Source of the DNA: an uncultured bacterium
GTDB taxonomy: Bacteria > UBP4 > UBA4092
Assembly: GCA_964644695.1 (NCBI GenBank)
Contig: CAZXWN010000001.1
Location: forward strand, 306,869-370,868
DNA: 64,000 nucleotides
Reading direction: 5' to 3'
The notes under the pieces were generated by a model. That model was given only the letters and a program-made list of their open reading frames with translations, ran no database searches and was not told where the DNA came from. Every line of letters starts with the position of its first letter. Positions within the stretch are counted from its first letter, which is position 1. Below are positions 1-9,262 of this stretch, in pieces. Both the position numbers and the translations under genes were made by a program.

Positions 1-3000
1 TAATCTCTTATAAATCTCAGCTAATCTGTCTAATTGTACAGATTTTCTATGGATGTTTGTTTCAGTCTTTACCAGATATATGGCGGCATCCAGATAATCT
101 ATATCAATTTTTAAAATATCTTTGCAAATAAGTCGTGCATTTTTTATATCAGAATCTTTATCGAGTTGCAGCACCAATTCCCAAAGAGTGTTTAATTGTT
201 TTGCTTTTGCTTTTGTGTCTCTATACAAACAAGCCAATTGCAAATGTGATTTTATTTGACGAGGGTCAGCTTCGATGATTTTCTTTGCCCATATCTCTGC
301 ATATTGAATATTACCTTGTTTGTTATAGACCTCATATACTTTTTGGTAATTCTCTACAGCCTTATTATTATCTCCAGTTTTTTGGTAAAGACTGCCTAAA
401 ATTTCAAATAAATCAGAGTGAGTGGGTAATGTTTCTCGAAGTTTTTCGATGACCTCAATTGCAGCGGAATAATTCTCATTATTCTCATATAGAGAGGATA
501 TTTTTATCCCTAATTCCTTAAGTGAAATTTCAGAAGTATCCGTAGGATTAATATCTGATAGTTTTTTTAATATCGAGTACTTATATTCTAATAACGATAA
601 ATCATCAGGTTCTATTTGCAACAATCGATCAATTGCTTGTAATGAATACTGGTAACGGCCTTTTTGCTCATTAGCTTCTGCCAGTTCTTTGTAGACCTTT
701 TTTAAAATAAACGGCTGGAAATTGCCTTTATCCATGGCAATCGCTAAGTTGCTTAATAGTGAAAGATTATTAGGCACTTTTTCCAAAGCAGATTGATATT
801 CTGTCGCTGCTCTATCGTACTGCTTGTTCTTAAAGTATAAATTACCTAGTCTGCGTAAATGACATGCAATTCGAGGCTTTGACTTTTCCAGATTGATGAC
901 TTGCCGTAGTGCGTCTATGTCTTCAGGTAATAGTTTTAATAATTGTTTGGAAATACTATATGCTTTAACTGTGTTCTTTTGGCTTAATAAGTACTCCAAA
1001 TAACGTTTTAATATATCCGCAACTTTTTCAATTTTATTTTCAGATAAGTATAATTTAGACAATTCCAAATAGATTAGTTCCTGTGAGTTGTCTAAAACTA
1101 GGATTTCAACACCAATTTTTTCAATTTCATCTTTGCTATTACTTGTTAATGCTTTATTGAATAAAACCAGGTAGTTTTTAATTGCTTCTTTTATTTGATT
1201 AGACTCAACATGAATTTTGGCTAACAACTCATGAATCTCTTTATTGTCTGGCGCCCATCGTAGAGCTTCATCTAGCAATGCTGTTGATTTAGGTGCGTCT
1301 TTTCGACTTAGATATATGTTGGCTAAACCAATTAGCTGTTTTGTGAATAGTGATTGTTCTTCTTTTGATGCTTGCTTTGAAATAAGCGGCCTGGTGATAT
1401 CAATCATATGCTGTCTGGCCTGAATATGATTTGCATCAAGGGCAATTATCTTATTTAACAATAATTGTGCTTTATCAATTTTCTGTTTTTCAAGATATAA
1501 ATCTGAACAATACTGATAAATTGGGATGATTTCTTTTGGGTGAACCTTGTTTTTCTCTAAAACAGTAATAACTCTCTCATATAAAGAAATATTGCTGGGT
1601 AGTATTTTCTGCGCTGATCTATATTGAATTAAGGCTTCTTTTTCGTTCTTGACCGCCGATATATCTCCTAATCTTCTAAGATATACAGCTTGCCGACCCG
1701 GGACATTAGTTAATGCGAGAAGTTTACCTAGAGCGATCACATGCTTGGGATCAATTTTTAAAATCTCGCGATAATGTCCAATGGCATCTGTCAGTTTTCC
1801 TTTATATTGTTCTAATTGTGCGAGATTTAACAAAGCACTGATTTCTGATTGGGGTTCATTTAGAGAACGGCTTAGTTTAACCATCTGAGCCCAGGAATCA
1901 ATATTTGTTTTATCTAAAGACAAGATTGTATTGAGAGTTTTAAAGGCATCCTTTATGGCATCTGCTTGAATTTGGAGGCTAAATAATTTTTGTAAGTGAT
2001 GTAATGTATTTATAATATTTTCAGTTTTGTAATATAAACTCGAAAGTAAAGTATGTGTTTCAATATCATTTGGGATAATTCCACATAGTTTTTCTAAATA
2101 GTTGATGGCTTGTGTGATATGGTTATTTTTTACTAATAAAGAGGAAACTTTTTTCAAGCTATCAGTTTTGGTTTTTATATTAGTTTTTTCATATGAAAGA
2201 ACTATATCTGCTTGCTTTAAAAGAATTTCTAAATCATCAGGGAATAGTGGTAAAAGTTTCTGCAATACATTAAGTGATCTATCGAGCATATTCTTCTGAG
2301 TAAAAATATCACATAAAAGAATTCCTGTTGATTTGGTATTTTCATTATCCTTAATTTCTGAGTATAAGTTAAAGAGCTTGGTGTAGATTGAAACTGACCC
2401 TGCATTTGTATCGGCTAAGGTCTTTAGTATATTTATTGCCTCTTTGTATTTCTTATTTGATGCATAATAATCAGAAATTCGTCTTTGCCATACAACTAAA
2501 CGTGGAGAGTGTTGTTCAAGAATTGATAGTGATGAATAAAGAGCTTTATCAGTTAGGTCTATTTTAGAAAGCCTGTAAGCAACTTTTCTGGCAAGCGTTA
2601 TATTACTTTGTTTGATTAACAAATCTAAGGAGGTAAGAAGTATTGATTTTTCTTTTTCGATGTCTCTGTTTTTGTTATATAAATCGCTGAGCGAAAGCAA
2701 AACCGAAATATTACTATTATCTAATTGAACAATTTGTTTGGATAAGGATTCTGCATCTGAGACCTTATTTTCTGACAAAGCTTTATTAAATAGAATTAGA
2801 TAGTGTTGGATAGCTTCTTTGGCTGAATTTTGCTTTGCTAATAATTCAGCTAGTTTTTGATGAATATCAGGATAATCTGGATTCAGGTCTAAGATGGTTT
2901 TATAAATTCGTATTGCATGATCGAAAATATTATTTGATTGATAATGATTTGCAATAAACAATAACTCATTTAAGGCTGTTTTATTATCCCCACTGATGAT

Positions 3001-4257
3001 TAATGTCTGTGCCAGTTGTTCGCGATAATCAACATTGTTGGGACTAATGGTTATTGCGCTATTCAGATACTTAATTGTCGCTTCATGGTTTGATTGAACA
3101 ACACTCCTATCTATTAAATGCTTGAGTACCTCTAAAGCCTTTTCTGTTTTATTCCCTTTTAGAAGGAACGCAAGCCTAATTTCTTGAAGAATAATTGTCT
3201 CAGAATTATCTGTAACCACCAAGTCAAGGAGGTCTGATAATAAATCAAAGTCTTTATCCGAATAATCTTTTAATATAGCCTGTAACGGTTCGATGATATC
3301 GTTGGTCTTATGCTGATGAGACAGATATTTGATTTCAGCAATTTTCCATTCAGTATTGTGAGGGTCAAGTTTTTTTAAATGTAATAAAGTCTGATGGTAT
3401 GATTCAAAATCTTTTGCTTTTTCTTGAATCAATAGCATAGAACGTAAAGTAATTACCGCATTTGCAATTAAGCCAGAATTAATTTCCAGTTGTGATTTTG
3501 GAGCAAGCCATTCAATGTTATCTGGCTGCAGAGAAGAAAGGACATCAAGTAACACCTTAAGATACTCTGGTTTGTCGGATACCGATGACAGTATTTTCCG
3601 AAGGGCAGTAATTAATAATTCATTTTGATTGTTTTTATGGAAAAGATCTATTAGCTCATGAACAATTGAAAGCTTATATTCAGATTTAAACAATATGTCT
3701 TTGATAGTTGTGTCAATTAGTTTTATATTCTCTGAGCGCAAATATATGTTTAATAAAACAAATTTCTGTTTTATATATATATCTTTGTTTTCTAACTTTT
3801 CTGCAATAAGAATGGATTGTTCAAGTATTTCGCAATCATCCGGGAGAAGCTGCGACAAATTTAAAAAACGGTCTAGAGCTTCTTCATCTTTACCATTATT
3901 GACTAGATTATTACATTCAGAAAGTGCTGCATTTTTATACGACTGTATGTCAAAACCAAGTGATGATGAAAGTTTAAGGAAAGCTGCATCTGATGGGTAC
4001 TGAGTTAGGGCGCAATATAAATCAAAAAATGAACCCCCTTTATGTCCCGTACATAATGGATATGCACACTTAAACTGGTGCTGAGAATCATCAAGATGTA
4101 GACTGTGCAGGATTAGCTCTTTGTGAAAGGGGCAACGCAGGGAATGCTTGCCATTATCCAATCTGACCTGATCTGGGGCTAAATTTAACTCACTTACCAA
4201 AAAATCGGCAGTTAAGCTGGAATTGAGTTGTTTGATGATATTTAAATCTACTTGCAT
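1..4257 (-). CDS. Very large TPR-repeat protein with N-terminal DnaG-type (CHC2-like) zinc finger; partial, runs off the window start (>1419 aa)
   Basis: ATG at 4257 with GAGGGG RBS. Hand translation gives MQVDLNIIKQLNSSLTADFLVSELNL...LRCPFHKE...FKCAYPLCTGHKGGSFFDLY. The same frame is open at 1-420 with TPR-like text (HSDLFEILGSLYQKTGDNNKAVENYQKV). Its absence from the ORF track fits a frame with no stop inside the window. Confidence 0.88.
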   Translation of the reverse strand, partial: MQVDLNIIKQLNSSLTADFLVSELNLAPDQVRLDNGKHSLRCPFHKELILHSLHLDDSQHQFKCAYPLCTGHKGGSFFDLYCALTQYPSDAAFLKLSSSLGFDIQSYKNAALSECNNLVNNGKDEEALDRFLNLSQLLPDDCEILEQSILIAEKLENKDIYIKQKFVLLNIYLRSENIKLIDTTIKDILFKSEYKLSIVHELIDLFHKNNQNELLITALRKILSSVSDKPEYLKVLLDVLSSLQPDNIEWLAPKSQLEINSGLIANAVITLRSMLLIQEKAKDFESYHQTLLHLKKLDPHNTEWKIAEIKYLSHQHKTNDIIEPLQAILKDYSDKDFDLLSDLLDLVVTDNSETIILQEIRLAFLLKGNKTEKALEVLKHLIDRSVVQSNHEATIKYLNSAITISPNNVDYREQLAQTLIISGDNKTALNELLFIANHYQSNNIFDHAIRIYKTILDLNPDYPDIHQKLAELLAKQNSAKEAIQHYLILFNKALSENKVSDAESLSKQIVQLDNSNISVLLSLSDLYNKNRDIEKEKSILLTSLDLLIKQSNITLARKVAYRLSKIDLTDKALYSSLSILEQHSPRLVVWQRRISDYYASNKKYKEAINILKTLADTNAGSVSIYTKLFNLYSEIKDNENTKSTGILLCDIFTQKNMLDRSLNVLQKLLPLFPDDLEILLKQADIVLSYEKTNIKTKTDSLKKVSSLLVKNNHITQAINYLEKLCGIIPNDIETHTLLSSLYYKTENIINTLHHLQKLFSLQIQADAIKDAFKTLNTILSLDKTNIDSWAQMVKLSRSLNEPQSEISALLNLAQLEQYKGKLTDAIGHYREILKIDPKHVIALGKLLALTNVPGRQAVYLRRLGDISAVKNEKEALIQYRSAQKILPSNISLYERVITVLEKNKVHPKEIIPIYQYCSDLYLEKQKIDKAQLLLNKIIALDANHIQARQHMIDITRPLISKQASKEEQSLFTKQLIGLANIYLSRKDAPKSTALLDEALRWAPDNKEIHELLAKIHVESNQIKEAIKNYLVLFNKALTSNSKDEIEKIGVEILVLDNSQELIYLELSKLYLSENKIEKVADILKRYLEYLLSQKNTVKAYSISKQLLKLLPEDIDALRQVINLEKSKPRIACHLRRLGNLYFKNKQYDRAATEYQSALEKVPNNLSLLSNLAIAMDKGNFQPFILKKVYKELAEANEQKGRYQYSLQAIDRLLQIEPDDLSLLEYKYSILKKLSDINPTDTSEISLKELGIKISSLYENNENYSAAIEVIEKLRETLPTHSDLFEILGSLYQKTGDNNKAVENYQKVYEVYNKQGNIQYAEIWAKKIIEADPRQIKSHLQLACLYRDTKAKAKQLNTLWELVLQLDKDSDIKNARLICKDILKIDIDYLDAAIYLVKTETNIHRKSVQLDRLAEIYKRL

Positions 4258-4280
4258 AGCCCCTCATATAACCCAAGATT

Positions 4281-4318
4281 GATAAATAAGGGGAAGAGGA
4301 TTCGCATCCTCTTCCCCT
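4281..4318 (-). terminator. Intrinsic terminator-like hairpin after the SPOR-domain gene
   Basis: 13-bp inverted repeat AGGGGAAGAGGAT (4289-4301) / ATCCTCTTCCCCT (4306-4318) with a 4-nt loop, followed on the minus strand by TATTTATC. Confidence 0.7.
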
Positions 4319-4327
4319 ATACCCAAT

Positions 4328-7300
4328 TTATAGCGAATAAATCTTAATGTTATCAATATACATGATTGCTGTTGTTGCTGGATTATCACGAATTGATAAT
4401 GTATTTAAATGTTCAGGGTTACCTGGAATACGTGCGCTTTGAACTACAGTTTGATTATTAATAAATGCATCTACTGTTGAGTCGTTCAAATTCATAATGT
4501 ACTTAACATGAGCCCAAGAACCCAGTTGATATGGTACCGATTCTCCCTGGAGTCGGAGTGAAGAGTTTGAACCATCTTCTGTTGTATGAATTACCGTATG
4601 AACTGCTTTACGGAAATCTTCATCAGATTCGATATATAAGCCCAAGAAATACTTGTTCTTAGTCTCACAGTTTATATCAAATTCAACAGCAAATTTACCC
4701 TTCATATCTGGAAATTTACAACGATAGTGAGTACTGGCACTTCCGTTTGGTTTTTCAAATGCTAGTGAATATCCCATATTATTAGCCACTACTTTATCGC
4801 TGACCTTTAATGAAGCATGGGAGTACTCGCCCATCCATCCTGATACGGGTTCGCCCAAAGTATCACTGTCATAACTTTGCTCAAATACGGGTGTTATTTC
4901 CGCTGGAGTAACCGGAGGTACAACGACGGGAACAGCCGGGGGAGGAGTAACTTGAGTTCCAGCTATTGTTGCCTCAGGAGACGGTTGAGCCGAAATAGAA
5001 ATTTGAGGTGCAGGTTCAGCTGTTGCTGGTGGTGTTGAGGGTACAGCTGGCCGATTAATTGAAATAGTTGGAATAGCATCCTGCGTGGTAGCTGGTGCTG
5101 GTGTCGGTGGTGTTACTTCCTGTGCCGTTGTTACCTTTTGCTCGGCTTCATTAAGTCTTCCACCCTCTTTTCGTAGCATACGAAGACGTTCAACCTTTCC
5201 ACGAGGTTCTGGATTGTTCGGATCTAAGGCTGCGGCTGTCAGTAATAAGCTTTCTGCTTTGTCCCATTCCTTACGTTCCATGGCTTCAAGCCCCTGCCGA
5301 AGATATTCTTCGCCTTGTTTTTTTTGTTCCATCTGTTCTTCAGTTAATTCACGTTCAGCACTGTGATCAACCGGTGGGGCAATCATGTCGTTAAGCCCTT
5401 TGGCTTTCTTGCCCTTAGGTAACTTAGGTTCTTTGGCTTTCTTGGGTTTAGCTGGGCGAGCCTTAATAGCAGAAATAGCTTTTTGAATACCAATAATAAT
5501 ACCCGCTAAAAGAACTATTCCGATAATTGCATACACAGCATACCAAACATAAGTTTTCCAACCAGACGCATCTGATGATGTTGTAGCATTTTGTGTTTCC
5601 TTCATACCCTGTTCTGCTTCAATTTTTGCAATAGCATCTGAAGCTGTTCTTCCAATTGGAGAATTGGGGTCTTTGGAAAGGATTTCCTGATATTTACTCC
5701 GAGCTAGTTCATAGTTCTTATTGATATAAGCATCTTGAGCTTCTTTTCCAATAGCCTGAAGTTCATCATTCAGTTTCGCTTTCGCTTCCATTTCGGCTTT
5801 TACGGGATCTGGAAGATTTTCTCTAAACTTACGAGCTAATGGTAAAAAGTAATTTGCATTTGCATTACGTGGATCTATTTTGAGGACGCTTTCCCATTTT
5901 GCAATAGCAGAGTCCATATTGCCTTGTTTATAGAGGTTTGCGGCATCATCATTTAATTGACGGACTTGATTTTGCTTATCTTCAGCTTCAGCTTTTTGCA
6001 GTTTTTCTGTTTCAAGTTTTTTCCGTTGTTCGCTGGATAAACTTTCAATCGTACTTTTCAATTGTTTGATGATTTCTTCATTATCTTGTTGTTTCTGAAG
6101 AATGCTTTCGAGTTGTGCAATGGCTTCGAGAGGTTGACCCTGACTGACCATTTTTTCAGCTTCTTGTTTTTTTGTATCAATCGATTTTTTCTCTTCGTCA
6201 GACAATAGTGAGGATACAACTTCACCGGCTTTGACTACCTTTGCATTCGGATAGCCAGAATTGATTAATTCTTTTAGTAATCCCTGAGCTGCTTTTTCAT
6301 TTGGATAATTACCAACGGTGACATCCCATGTTGGAGGAATATTATCGAGGAAAACGGGATATCGCCCCTGAGATTCCAAAATTGCTTTTAATTTGGCACC
6401 GTCCAAAGATTCTCTGTACTGATTGACGAGAACACGGTATGCAATAGTGGGTGTATAAACCTTATCCGTTACCTTTGCAGCAAAGATCCAAAATGATTTT
6501 CCAGCATTCGGGAACACCAAGCTTTTCGTAAGATGTTCACTGATGCGCTTGGCATCATTAATGGATGCGAATGGACCCATGCGGACTTTCTTTAACATTA
6601 CATTGTTTAAAGCGGGTTCTTCAATAACGTGGACATTCGCATAACCCAGTTTTTCAATTGCAGCTTTTAATCCACTGGCATTCTGCCCCGAAGCATATGC
6701 TGCAACTTGTAGCCAATAACCCACTGAGCCTTTTTCAGCTTTTGTTACTGTAGGAGCTGCTTTATTAGTGGCTGTGAGTTGTGCCGGGAAGAATTTAACG
6801 CTTTGATTCTTATCATTTATAATCCAAGCACCGTTGAATCCAGGCCAATCAATTTTACCTTGTAATTCTTTTGCAACATTTTCAGCATCCGCTAATGTTT
6901 TATACTTGCCAATGACCAAACGGTTTAAATTATCTGTTCCACTTGTGAGTATCTCGATATCAGAGTAATTCATTTTTTGAATATACTCTTTCATGGCCCG
7001 GGCATTGTCCGCATTGGAGAAGGCACCGACTTGTATCCTTAAAATTGAACCTGCGGTTACTACCGGTGTGGTTTCCGGTGAGGTTACGGCAACAGCTTTA
7101 ATGTCGGTAGCCCAAACCTGTAATGGTGCAGCTGAGAACTGAGCAACCACCATTTTCCCATTATCTGTAAAAGCAACACCTCTGGGTAATCGAAGCCGTG
7201 GTGTTCCACCGCTGATTTCCTGAATAAATCGACCATTTTGTTCATAAACGAGAATTCTGTTAGAACCGCCTTCACTTACATAGACACGATTATCAGGGCC

Positions 7301-8038
7301 AATATTTACTGCACCTGGATCGTTTAATCCAGTTATGAACGGTTCGAAACGACTAAAAGTGACACTGTTTCCATTTACTCTTCCTGTGGCTCGAAGAACT
7401 GTCCCTGGTTTTTCGGAGACAATGTAGAGTGTATCTGCATTATTAGAGACTGCGAGGCCACGAAAGTTCTCATAACTTCTTGGTATAGCAATGGGGCTTC
7501 CTTCTAAATCTCGGCCATTCGCATCAATAATATGGACAGAATGTCCAGTTTTTTCAGCAATGTAGAGACGTCCTTGTTGATCCGAGTCAATATCTCCTAC
7601 TGAATAGGGAAGTTTGAAACCCTGTAAGGGACTTCCATCAGAAGATTTAAATTTAAATACAAATCGGTCACCGGCGAAAGAGTCGCAAGTAATATAAACA
7701 ATTCCACCTACAACTGCACATCCGGAAGGATTTTCAATTCTGTATCTTCTCCCTGATGCATCTAAACCAGTGGAAATCGGAGAAAAAGTGGATGAACGAC
7801 CATCTTTTTCGACTATTCGGACATTGTTGTCTGAATAGACAGGTATCCAAATACGTCCATCTTGTTCAAATTCAGGGAATTGGGCTCCATTCATAGGGCG
7901 CCCCATGGTGCCAGACTGCTGGAATGCAGCGATTGCAAAGGCTGATATTAAAAGTACAAAACCAATAACAATCAGAGACTTAATGGCATTCCATCGTGTG
8001 CTTGTGTGTTTTTTCTTGGAGACTGGATAAGTCTTCAT
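4328..8038 (-). CDS. Multidomain membrane protein: signal peptide, NHL-like beta-propeller, 3 SPOR domains, TPRs, TM helix, TPR, Pro-rich linker, C-terminal ConA/LamG-like beta-sandwich
   Basis: NHL-like repeats (DIDSDQQGRLYIAE, LNDPGAVNIGPDNRVYVSE, PRGVAFTDNG). SPOR motifs (IQVGAFSNADNA; WLQVAAYAS...VRMGPFAS; WDVTVGNYPNEKAA). TPRs (AIAKWESVLKIDPRNANA). TM YVWYAVYAIIGIVLLAGIIIGI followed by a Lys-rich stretch. AAGGAG RBS. Confidence 0.85.
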   Translation of the reverse strand: MKTYPVSKKKHTSTRWNAIKSLIVIGFVLLISAFAIAAFQQSGTMGRPMNGAQFPEFEQDGRIWIPVYSDNNVRIVEKDGRSSTFSPISTGLDASGRRYRIENPSGCAVVGGIVYITCDSFAGDRFVFKFKSSDGSPLQGFKLPYSVGDIDSDQQGRLYIAEKTGHSVHIIDANGRDLEGSPIAIPRSYENFRGLAVSNNADTLYIVSEKPGTVLRATGRVNGNSVTFSRFEPFITGLNDPGAVNIGPDNRVYVSEGGSNRILVYEQNGRFIQEISGGTPRLRLPRGVAFTDNGKMVVAQFSAAPLQVWATDIKAVAVTSPETTPVVTAGSILRIQVGAFSNADNARAMKEYIQKMNYSDIEILTSGTDNLNRLVIGKYKTLADAENVAKELQGKIDWPGFNGAWIINDKNQSVKFFPAQLTATNKAAPTVTKAEKGSVGYWLQVAAYASGQNASGLKAAIEKLGYANVHVIEEPALNNVMLKKVRMGPFASINDAKRISEHLTKSLVFPNAGKSFWIFAAKVTDKVYTPTIAYRVLVNQYRESLDGAKLKAILESQGRYPVFLDNIPPTWDVTVGNYPNEKAAQGLLKELINSGYPNAKVVKAGEVVSSLLSDEEKKSIDTKKQEAEKMVSQGQPLEAIAQLESILQKQQDNEEIIKQLKSTIESLSSEQRKKLETEKLQKAEAEDKQNQVRQLNDDAANLYKQGNMDSAIAKWESVLKIDPRNANANYFLPLARKFRENLPDPVKAEMEAKAKLNDELQAIGKEAQDAYINKNYELARSKYQEILSKDPNSPIGRTASDAIAKIEAEQGMKETQNATTSSDASGWKTYVWYAVYAIIGIVLLAGIIIGIQKAISAIKARPAKPKKAKEPKLPKGKKAKGLNDMIAPPVDHSAERELTEEQMEQKKQGEEYLRQGLEAMERKEWDKAESLLLTAAALDPNNPEPRGKVERLRMLRKEGGRLNEAEQKVTTAQEVTPPTPAPATTQDAIPTISINRPAVPSTPPATAEPAPQISISAQPSPEATIAGTQVTPPPAVPVVVPPVTPAEITPVFEQSYDSDTLGEPVSGWMGEYSHASLKVSDKVVANNMGYSLAFEKPNGSASTHYRCKFPDMKGKFAVEFDINCETKNKYFLGLYIESDEDFRKAVHTVIHTTEDGSNSSLRLQGESVPYQLGSWAHVKYIMNLNDSTVDAFINNQTVVQSARIPGNPEHLNTLSIRDNPATTAIMYIDNIKIYSL

Positions 8039-8215
8039 AAATAATAAATCTCCTTGCGGGATGTTTTATTCATTCTGCTTCAGGCAAATAATACAGATTC
8101 GATTATATAACTCGAATCTATTGAATACATTATATTTTAATTGAAAATTATTAAATTCAAACCTTTTTTTCACTTCAATGGCAAAAGAATACAAATATTT
8201 GAATGCACAACCGAC

Positions 8216-8243
8216 AATCGAACAAAATCGATCTCGTTCGATT
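8216..8243. repeat. Dispersed palindrome, copy 1 (28 bp, 2 mismatches)
   Basis: AATCGAACAAAATC|GATCTCGTTCGATT in the divergent SPOR gene / kdsA intergenic region. Confidence 0.8.
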
Positions 8244-8397
8244 CATCTTCGTTTGGTCTATTCTTCTAAAAAATTATATACCTAATAGAACTATTATTTA
8301 TATATTTACTTGATAATTATCTGATTATGATTAGATAGACGAATAAGTTAAAATCAGATGATGTAACTTGTATCAATATTTATAGAAGGATTTTAGA

Positions 8398-9228
8398 ATG
8401 ATTAAGTGTGGAGAAAATATACAGGTTGGTGAGGGTAATCCTCTTTTAGTTATCGCTGGGCCCTGTGTCATTGAAAATGAAGACATAGTAATGTCAATAG
8501 CTGAAAAAGCTTTAAATATTACCCAGAAGATAGGGTTGCCCTATATTTTTAAGGCTTCCTTCGATAAAGCTAATCGTAGTTCTGTTGATAGTTTCAGGGG
8601 CCCCGGTATATCAAAGGGCTTGGAGATACTGAACAAAGTCAAGAATACCTTTAAAATCCCAGTTCTTACGGATATCCATGAATGCAGTCAGATTAAACCT
8701 GTCGCTGAAGTTGTAGATATTATCCAAATACCGGCTTTTTTGTGTCGACAAACTGATTTATTAGTTGAGTCAGCCAAAACAGGCTTAGTTGTAAATGTAA
8801 AAAAAGGGCAGTTTATTTCCCCTTATGATATGAAGAATGTTGTCGATAAGTTGGAATCTACTGGAAATAAGAAAATAATGCTGACCGAACGGGGAACATT
8901 TTTTGGTTATAACAATCTGGTTGTTGATTTTCGGGGATTACCTGTTATGAGAAATTTTGGATATCCCGTAATATTTGATGCAACCCATAGTGTGCAAAGA
9001 CCTGGTGGCGCTGGATCATCTTCGACAGGTGACCGCGAGTTTATTGCGCATTTATCAAGAGCGGCTATGGCTGTTGGATGTGATGGCGTGTTTTTGGAGA
9101 CCCATCCAAATCCAGAAAAAGCTCTTTCAGATGGCCCTAATATGGTTGCTTTGGCTGATTTGGAAAGACTTTTGACCCAATTAAAAAGTGTTCACGAATT
9201 AGTTGAAACCAATGGATTTAATAAATAA
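8398..9228 (+). CDS. kdsA: KDO8P synthase (2-dehydro-3-deoxyphosphooctonate aldolase)
   Basis: IAGPCVIE, KASFDKANRSS, QIPAFLCRQTDL, VKKGQF, DATHSVQRPG motifs. Confidence 0.97.
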   Translation: MIKCGENIQVGEGNPLLVIAGPCVIENEDIVMSIAEKALNITQKIGLPYIFKASFDKANRSSVDSFRGPGISKGLEILNKVKNTFKIPVLTDIHECSQIKPVAEVVDIIQIPAFLCRQTDLLVESAKTGLVVNVKKGQFISPYDMKNVVDKLESTGNKKIMLTERGTFFGYNNLVVDFRGLPVMRNFGYPVIFDATHSVQRPGGAGSSSTGDREFIAHLSRAAMAVGCDGVFLETHPNPEKALSDGPNMVALADLERLLTQLKSVHELVETNGFNK

Positions 9229-9262
9229 TTTTTAAAAACTGTCTTAGGATTTTATAACGGAT

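Noticed and set aside
2102-5366. Short + strand ORFs 2102-2299, 3695-4003 and 5085-5366, and similar short ORFs nested in genes across the window
   Set aside because: They are antisense or out-of-frame shadows of long, well-supported genes and have no recognisable motifs.
8095-8119. 8-bp inverted repeat AGATTCGA-N9-TCGAATCT upstream of the SPOR gene (and AGGGAAAT/ATTTCCCT at 23209-23234)
   Set aside because: Short and single-occurrence. It could be an operator but cannot be distinguished from chance here.
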